Notes under the pieces: model-generated | Seen by the model: only the letters and a program-made list of their open reading frames with translations | Database searches by the model: none | What the model was told of the DNA's origin: nothing | Shown: one piece after another, positions 57,411-64,000 of the stretch | How positions within the stretch are numbered: the stretch's first letter is position 1 | Layout: each line of letters begins with the position of its first letter | Assembly: GCA_040954595.2 (NCBI GenBank) | Contig: CM082593.2 | Location: 1,002,901-1,066,900, forward strand | Length of the DNA: 64,000 nucleotides | Direction of reading: 5' to 3' | Source: Balanoglossus misakiensis | Taxonomy: Eukaryota; Animalia; Hemichordata | Translations under genes and position numbers: made by a program

Positions 57411-57494
57411 GTAATTGACCAATCACAAGTGCTGAGGTCTACCTGTCTCATTTGTGCGGAAAGTAATTGACCAATCAGAATTGTCGGGGTCTAC
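57411..57494. repeat. 52-bp-period tandem duplication containing two CCAAT boxes
   Basis: GTAATTGACCAATCA...GGTCTAC occurs at 57411 and at 57463. Confidence 0.7.
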
Positions 57495-58004
57495 ATTAAT
57501 TGCAAAACAGAGAGGATAAACTCGATTGCCTCCGTGTCGGTTTGAAGGCACTGAATATCGCCATCTTTGACTTTGTTACCTGGAAACCGTAGTATGCAGT
57601 GTTATATTTAGACTGGTCTTGTTTTTTTCAGCTGGACTGAGAAAGACTTTATGTGTGATACTTTTCCACTGTTCTATCTTTGTATTAATACGAAAACTAT
57701 CATACACCAAGACTCGTATGATGTTATTGAAATAAAACATACTTTTATTATGAAACAAAACCAACTAATACAACCGTTTTGTCTAGGCAAATATCTATGT
57801 CATCGTCCAGGTCAATTTTAGGCCCCTCATTGGTGTGCGGGGAGCTTATTGCAACCTCCTGCACGACCTTGGAATATTATCTTGTCAGACAAAGTAGGTT
57901 CGGGTGCATACCTGTGTAGAAGACGAATGCTAAGTAGGACAACAAGCTACGTACTCGCCTGGTATGTTGCCATGGGGACTAGTATAGCGGATGAAAATTC
58001 ATTT

Positions 58005-59456
58005 TTACAAACTGTAAGAGGTCATGATAGCGGCAAGTTGAAACAAACCCTTTTTCAGTGCAACGATTGTCAGGCTATGCGAACCGGGTGAAAGTCTACT
58101 CGATATGCGTTGTGTCAGAGTGACGCCAAAGCTCCATTTTCCATTGACGACAACCGTGGACATCTTGTCTCCGTCGAGATAAACTTGAGCTTTGCCACAT
58201 TTTGGACAGCCAAACGTTGCGATGGAAACCGTGCATCTGAAATTTTCATACGGTTCATTGGTGAAACGAAAAGTAATAGAATTGTCTGTCTTGTCGCTCT
58301 TCCAAAACTGCTTTACATCTGTTCTATTTGGGTCTGCTTTCCCGTCAGGTGTCCAAAGCGTCCATCCACGTACAGCGACTGGTTGCAGATTCCCTAGGCT
58401 TTTGCGTTTAGTGGTCAACGCGGTCCAGCAATTTGGTCGATAAATCACGGCAGTCTTGAACAGAGGTTTAGGGATCCTATCCCTTTGTGGGTAACTCTGC
58501 TCTGCTCTTTCTGAAAGCACATTGTTGATCGATTTGGTCAGATTCCCGAGAACGCTCCTGAAAAGTTCACAAATAAAGATCCCCATCATTTTATGAGCTT
58601 TTGGATTAGGGTGGTTGTCTTTGGTACTTACGGTTAGATCAGTGATTTTGAATTTGGGGCTTTGAACTTGAGGACATACCGCATCAGGCATACTTATTGA
58701 CGGGATGTTATAATATTCGCTCAGGGGCACGCTTGCTACTTTCTCGTTGTTAATGCACGATTTCTTCTTCATTTGTTGTCCGTGTAAAAAGTTCACATAA
58801 ATGAGTTGTGGCTTTTTGGGAAGATCGATAATTATCCGAGTGAAATCTTCTTGAGCCCACGGTCCGACTTTCTTCATGAAATCATTAGCTGCGAATTCCC
58901 ACAGAACAATGTCCAGTTCTTCAATTTTTAAATGAGAACCAAAACAGTATGCATAATATCTGCTGTCCGTGGCACCGATTGCGGCGTTGTGGAGCATCAC
59001 GGGAATGTTCAAAACAGCTTGAATGGTTTCAGAGAATACATTTGCATAGGTGAATTTTCGGGCCGAAATCGAACCACCTGCTACGCCAACATGCAGAGTT
59101 CTGTTTGACGTCATAGCTTCGACTAGGATGCGCTGTAAATCGGACGTTGAAGTCATGTGCTTTAGTGCTTTCGTCACCATGATTGGGGTAACACCAAGCT
59201 TCGTCTTCTCTCGCGATATTTTTCTGTCAATATTCTTCATTGCTGTTTGAAGCCGATGTAACATGTCTGTCCAATTTCTCGACTCGACAGGCGGTGTACC
59301 ATTATTGTGTGCATGCGCATATCGCATTACCAGTGTTGGGTCTCTGTACGGTCTTCCCGAGGAAAAGTAACCGATGTAGACAGCATACAGAAATATTGCA
59401 AACACAAACACATACTTGAGTCCACTCCAGGTTACAGTTCTATTGGGTCCTGTCAT
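58005..59456 (-). CDS. Type II membrane SGNH/GDSL hydrolase-fold protein with C-terminal beta-rich domain, single coding exon (483 aa)
   Basis: N-terminal TM YVFVFAIFLYAVYIGYF. SGNH blocks: I VAGGSIS, II NAAIGAT, III WEFAAND, V KDNHPN. Confidence 0.82.
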   Translation of the reverse strand: MTGPNRTVTWSGLKYVFVFAIFLYAVYIGYFSSGRPYRDPTLVMRYAHAHNNGTPPVESRNWTDMLHRLQTAMKNIDRKISREKTKLGVTPIMVTKALKHMTSTSDLQRILVEAMTSNRTLHVGVAGGSISARKFTYANVFSETIQAVLNIPVMLHNAAIGATDSRYYAYCFGSHLKIEELDIVLWEFAANDFMKKVGPWAQEDFTRIIIDLPKKPQLIYVNFLHGQQMKKKSCINNEKVASVPLSEYYNIPSISMPDAVCPQVQSPKFKITDLTVSTKDNHPNPKAHKMMGIFICELFRSVLGNLTKSINNVLSERAEQSYPQRDRIPKPLFKTAVIYRPNCWTALTTKRKSLGNLQPVAVRGWTLWTPDGKADPNRTDVKQFWKSDKTDNSITFRFTNEPYENFRCTVSIATFGCPKCGKAQVYLDGDKMSTVVVNGKWSFGVTLTQRISSRLSPGSHSLTIVALKKGLFQLAAIMTSYSL

Positions 59457-61093
59457 TCCGCAAGCTTACTTTGGTACCTGTTCAATGGAAAATGGTTGAG
59501 TTTGGAATACAAGTTCTGATCTACCGTCTGCATATGCTGAGGACAGATAATATGCTAACGTCACCAATTCAAAGTAATGTAAATTTTATGAATTACAAGG
59601 TGCCCACGCCCAGAAGTTTACTACAGCAGCCGAACAAAAGTTGTTTGCGTTTTCAATTGATCACTTGTTGTCTCTTTTGGAAGCCCGTGTGACTGTGACG
59701 ATTATTGTGAATACACTTCTACAATGCTATTCCCATTTCAAAGTCACTGACACCTGGTTTCCAGGGGTCATTTCTGCCTTCCATTATATATCTGTGCCTT
59801 CTGATCCCTTTTCACACTGTGTTAGCTGTCAACGGACTATACTTCATTTGCTTTCGAGTATAAGAGACCCTTCTCAAGACTGACAAATGCTCAAATGCAG
59901 TTGAAGTGGAACACACACCTAGAAATCTCCCAAATACGCTATTATGTGAATCATGACCACGATAATTACACTTTAATACTGGTAATATAATTACGGCATA
60001 GCCTATATTAGTCTGATATAATGGTTAAATGTTCTCCAGCGCATTCAAGGATAATTGCTTAAACAATACATCGACAATGAACGAGCCTTTCCTCAGATAA
60101 AGGGAATTTTCTCAATATTTTTTTTCATCCAGGTTGCATTTCATGTGACCATGACAACGGGATCGTCAGGGTGACCGGCCTCTTTCATGAGCTAAAAGTA
60201 TCCAAGCGATCGACGAAGCTTGCTCAATATGGAATGTGATAGCTCGATCCTTAAAATTTTCAATTTCCTACCACTGTCTAATTTTCAGGCATATTTGGCT
60301 ACCGTCCTCCGCACGGCTTGGCCATCTCGTTCTGGGTAGGCCAACAGTCTGTCTATTGGTCACAGTCTCCCTAGTATTTCAGGAACTCCCCCCCCCTTCC
60401 GAAATAAACATACCTTGTTCAGCAGAGATGACCATCCTAAAGACAGGTCTGCAAACAGCCAATACTCTGCGCCTTACACGACGGGTATTGCTCAAATTCT
60501 TGTGTGCCCAGAAATGTTGAGCGCCATCTTTCCTTATTATGCGCAAAAGACATGTCACGTTCGTTTATTACGCCACACACACTGAGCCACTTAACATGAT
60601 CTGTGACGTCGAAGGCCGTATTCCTATCTGATTAACGCAAGAGACGACCAATCATCTGCGCAACGTAGCCGTGTTTTCAAAGGAGCAATTTTCTCAAAAA
60701 TGTAGGCCTATTGGTTTTGATATATGTGTAGGGGGCCTACCCATCGATCATTTTTTCTATAGCTAAGACTGCTTTGTTCCGTTTAATTCGATCGCGTACT
60801 GGTAAAGCACTCAAAATAAACTAAAGTTATTATATGCGGCCTATCTGCTAATGTCTACGACTATAACAAATATCAAATTCTTTACTTTTCCTGGTTTATG
60901 GGTAAATAATACGTTTAATGGTCACATGTCAAACTTTAATTTATAACTTATAAGCATGTTTTTGAATTACCCTGCCTGTTCATGTCTGGTAAGTTTTTCG
61001 AGAGCGAAAATCCGGTCTATAAGAGCTCGATTGGGGATGCCAGCGTGACGCACAAAAATGTTGCCTGTTGATTGATTAAATAAAACAGGACAG

Positions 61094-61285
61094 TGAAATT
61101 CCCTACGCGTCAATGCAGGGCTGAGACTGGAATGACTTTCCCTACAAAACATCAAACAATGTTGATGACATCACCGTAACCCAATCATAATGGAAGAAAC
61201 ATGTCACATGGTCATCATGTGTACGTACTCCACCTACGGCAACGCAACGCTATTTGGGGAAACCCCGCCCCTTTTGGAAATCCCC
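61094..61285. promoter_or_regulatory. kB-site cluster upstream of the NF-kB gene
   Basis: GGGGAAACCCC at 61256-61266, GGAAATCCCC (rc GGGGATTTCC) at 61276-61285 and near-consensus TGAAATTCCC at 61094-61103. They lie just upstream of a probable non-coding first exon ending at donor AAAG|gtgaga near 61422. Confidence 0.7.
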
Positions 61286-63105
61286 AAGAGCTAAAAATAG
61301 AACAGTTCATAGAAGCTGGGATTGTCGATATAGAAAATAACGAATTTCACGTCGTTTCGGCTCGATTCCGTACACAAGAAGATACAGGACGCTGAAGAAG
61401 GTGATAAAATACATATAGAAAAGGTGAGAATGTCGAAATCTCTTCAGAATGAGTGCAAAACGTTGTTGATCTACAGGATATTGTCGAAAACTTGAACGTT
61501 TCATGTATCGTCATGATCATCAGATGTGGTAGTTCCCACTAAAAATGGCGCTGGTGTTGTGTGTACGTTTACATATGCGTCGATCTGAGACGTACACAGT
61601 TAATGGCTGCAATATTCTGTCACGTTTATGTATGGTCTTGCCCTAACCGCCTGTTTTCAGCTCTAGTGTTTATCGTTCACTCGGTAGCTTGTGACTTTGC
61701 GACTCGATATGACCTCAGTGTTTATACTCTCACAGTCACAGTCTTAGGGAAAATGGACATCCATCATGATCGCTCAGCTAAATGTTATGCTAAATATGGC
61801 AAGACCCTAAACACAGTCCTTCCAATGTCCCCAGCTCAACTTGGATGAGTAAAGCCATGATCAGTCAAGTTTCCAAAGTTTATACGTAACCATGGTAACA
61901 GAGGCTCCTATTAAAGACCTTTGTATGGTTCCATATCAATGGTTTGCAATTACATGTGGAATGTTTTTGAGACATCCAATGACCCAGTTTTTGCATCATA
62001 ACATGAACTACTGACCTGTGTTGCAGATGAGAATTTTTGATCATTTTCTGATATATCTATATATATGGTGGGGTCACTATTAATTAAGTGTATATGTTTT
62101 TTTTTTTGCATTCTGGTTCCTCTCACCAGATATTGAATGAATGAATAAAGCATAACTGTTTACTTCCTCTGTTTAAACAGTTTGATGCATCAACTTTTTG
62201 AATATTTGAAACATACATGTACACTGTGCAAGGTACAAGATGTAAGATATTATTAATCCTACATGGTGTGCATGCACAGGGTGGGGCCTTTTGACCAACT
62301 TAATGTTTGAAGATTTGTTTATGAATCCTGTAAAATACAAGTCAATTTACTGCACAACTCTGTAACCTTTGACCACAATTCTCTTCACACACATGGGGCC
62401 AACCGTACCATTGAGTAATGGGGATTGAAGCTTTTACAGGTTATGGTAGAACTGTTGCACCAAAAGGCGATATATATGTATACACAAATTGCTTAAAAAA
62501 CTCAACTTGTGTGGAATGTATTATTCAGGAAAAGTTAAAGGAGGATATTATAGTATGTGGTCTGATATGGCAGGTATTAGTCAGTGCTTTAAAATAAGTT
62601 TAGTTTTTCAATTGTTGGTTTTGTATGCAGTACACCATTCTCTTTAGCATAACTTGCAAATTACATATATGTAAGAATATTTAGGAATTTCATGCAAAAA
62701 TATTTAGACATTTAATTGTATTTTTGTCATAAAATAATGGATCCCCTTCATGGTAATCCCACATGACTTGTCCAGTGCATTGTGGGATAGGGACTCCCCA
62801 GAACTGAATTCCGAAAATAGAAACAAGTGTGATTACATCATTGTGAACTGGACCTTGAATATAAACACTTCTGACTGATTGATCTGAAAAGGTCATCATC
62901 AGCTTCTTCCAAGGTTTGTTCACTTTGCTGTATGATTATCAAAGATTTGTAGTGTTTATTTGTATTGTTGATTGCAGACTGACTTTGAACGCATCAGTAC
63001 TTGGCTTGGGGCCAAATCGTGACCTGGAATAGATTGAAAGGTGTGAACTTTATACCCAGTGTGGTTTATTTCCTGTTCCTGTTGTTAAACTTGTAATCTG
63101 TGGGT

Positions 63106-63873
63106 ATGTCCGAGGAACAGACAGACTCCATAGAGATCCCGGTGGATATGATGAATGAAATGATCGCCAACGGTGACCTGGTCGCCGCGACTACCGACAT
63201 CAGTATGCTGGAGACGATGACACAATCAAACGATCGTGAGGACATGCCGTATCTGCAAATTATCACACAACCTAAATCGGTAAGTGTTGTCTGTCACTGT
63301 CAGTAGAGGAACTTGTAAAACAACAAGTTCTGTGTTTCTGTTGATTCTCTCTGGAGATGCCAGTGGAAACTGGAACTCACATCACAAATGCTGTTGTTCA
63401 ATACTCTAAATCTTTGTCAGGACATATGTTTATTTGTGTCATGATACAATTAAACTAATTTATTAGAAATCAAGGACACCTTTTATTAAGTGCGCACAGA
63501 TCTCATAGTGACCTAAATACGTTTAGTGTTGGGGGAATAATGGACGATTGGCCAGAGTACCGGCTGCAGAGGTCATGAACCAGGAAACACCTTGGTTGCA
63601 GCGTTTTCATATGGATGCTTGATTTTGTGTTGTTGTGGCATACCGTTACTGTCAATATTCATGTAAAAAATAGAATTTTGAGGAACCATCAACAGAAATT
63701 TACTGTCTTGGACTTTTCTGATTTGTTAAACTATACAACTTGTAATACTTGTTCTGATGTTTCTTATCTTTCAGAGAGGATTCCGATTTCGTTATGGCTG
63801 TGAGGGTGGTTCCCATGGAGGGTTGCCAGGCGCTGACAGTGAACGAGGGAGAAGAACCTATCCATCAGTTGAG
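63106..63873 (+). CDS. NFKB1: NF-kappaB p105/p100-class (NFKB1/2 pro-ortholog), first two coding exons; gene continues beyond the window
   Basis: Exons 63106-63279 and 63775-63873 give [11 protein letters not shown]|[19 protein letters not shown], the Rel homology DNA-recognition loop. SHGGLPG is diagnostic of the p50/p52 class. Confidence 0.93.
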
Positions 63874-64000
63874 GTTGGTTGTTTAACTCTTTCAATGCCA
63901 TGGTTCAGTCCAAACCTTTTGTTTTCTATGGTGAAGTTGGACCTCTATAGAAGGAACTGGGGGTGAAAGGGTTCAGGACTGCATTGAGTTGAGACCCACT

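Overview
Intron-rich, AT-rich eukaryotic genomic DNA. Gene content and style suggest an invertebrate deuterostome (hemichordate-, echinoderm- or amphioxus-like); this is inference only. Eight genes were assembled by hand from GT-AG exon chains: CCDC6 (-); a type II transmembrane serine protease with 5 CUB and 3 LDLa domains (+); an intronless QRFP-receptor-like GPCR (+); an SLC35A-type nucleotide-sugar transporter (+); a 7-Ig + FN3 nephrin-like receptor with a tyrosine-motif-rich tail (-); a 2-Ig receptor tyrosine pseudokinase (+); a type II membrane SGNH hydrolase with a single coding exon (-); and the 5' end of an NF-kB p105/p100-class gene (+). The most striking structure is at 41-64 kb. 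Two Ig receptors lie head-to-head and share a related, atypical N-terminal V domain. One has an ITIM-like tail. The other has a catalytically dead kinase and an alternative tailless exon. Their shared 2 kb spacer carries kB, IRF and AP-1 consensus sites, and the NF-kB gene lies about 6 kb beyond the pseudokinase with its own kB-site cluster. Exon boundaries were read manually and no database searches were run.
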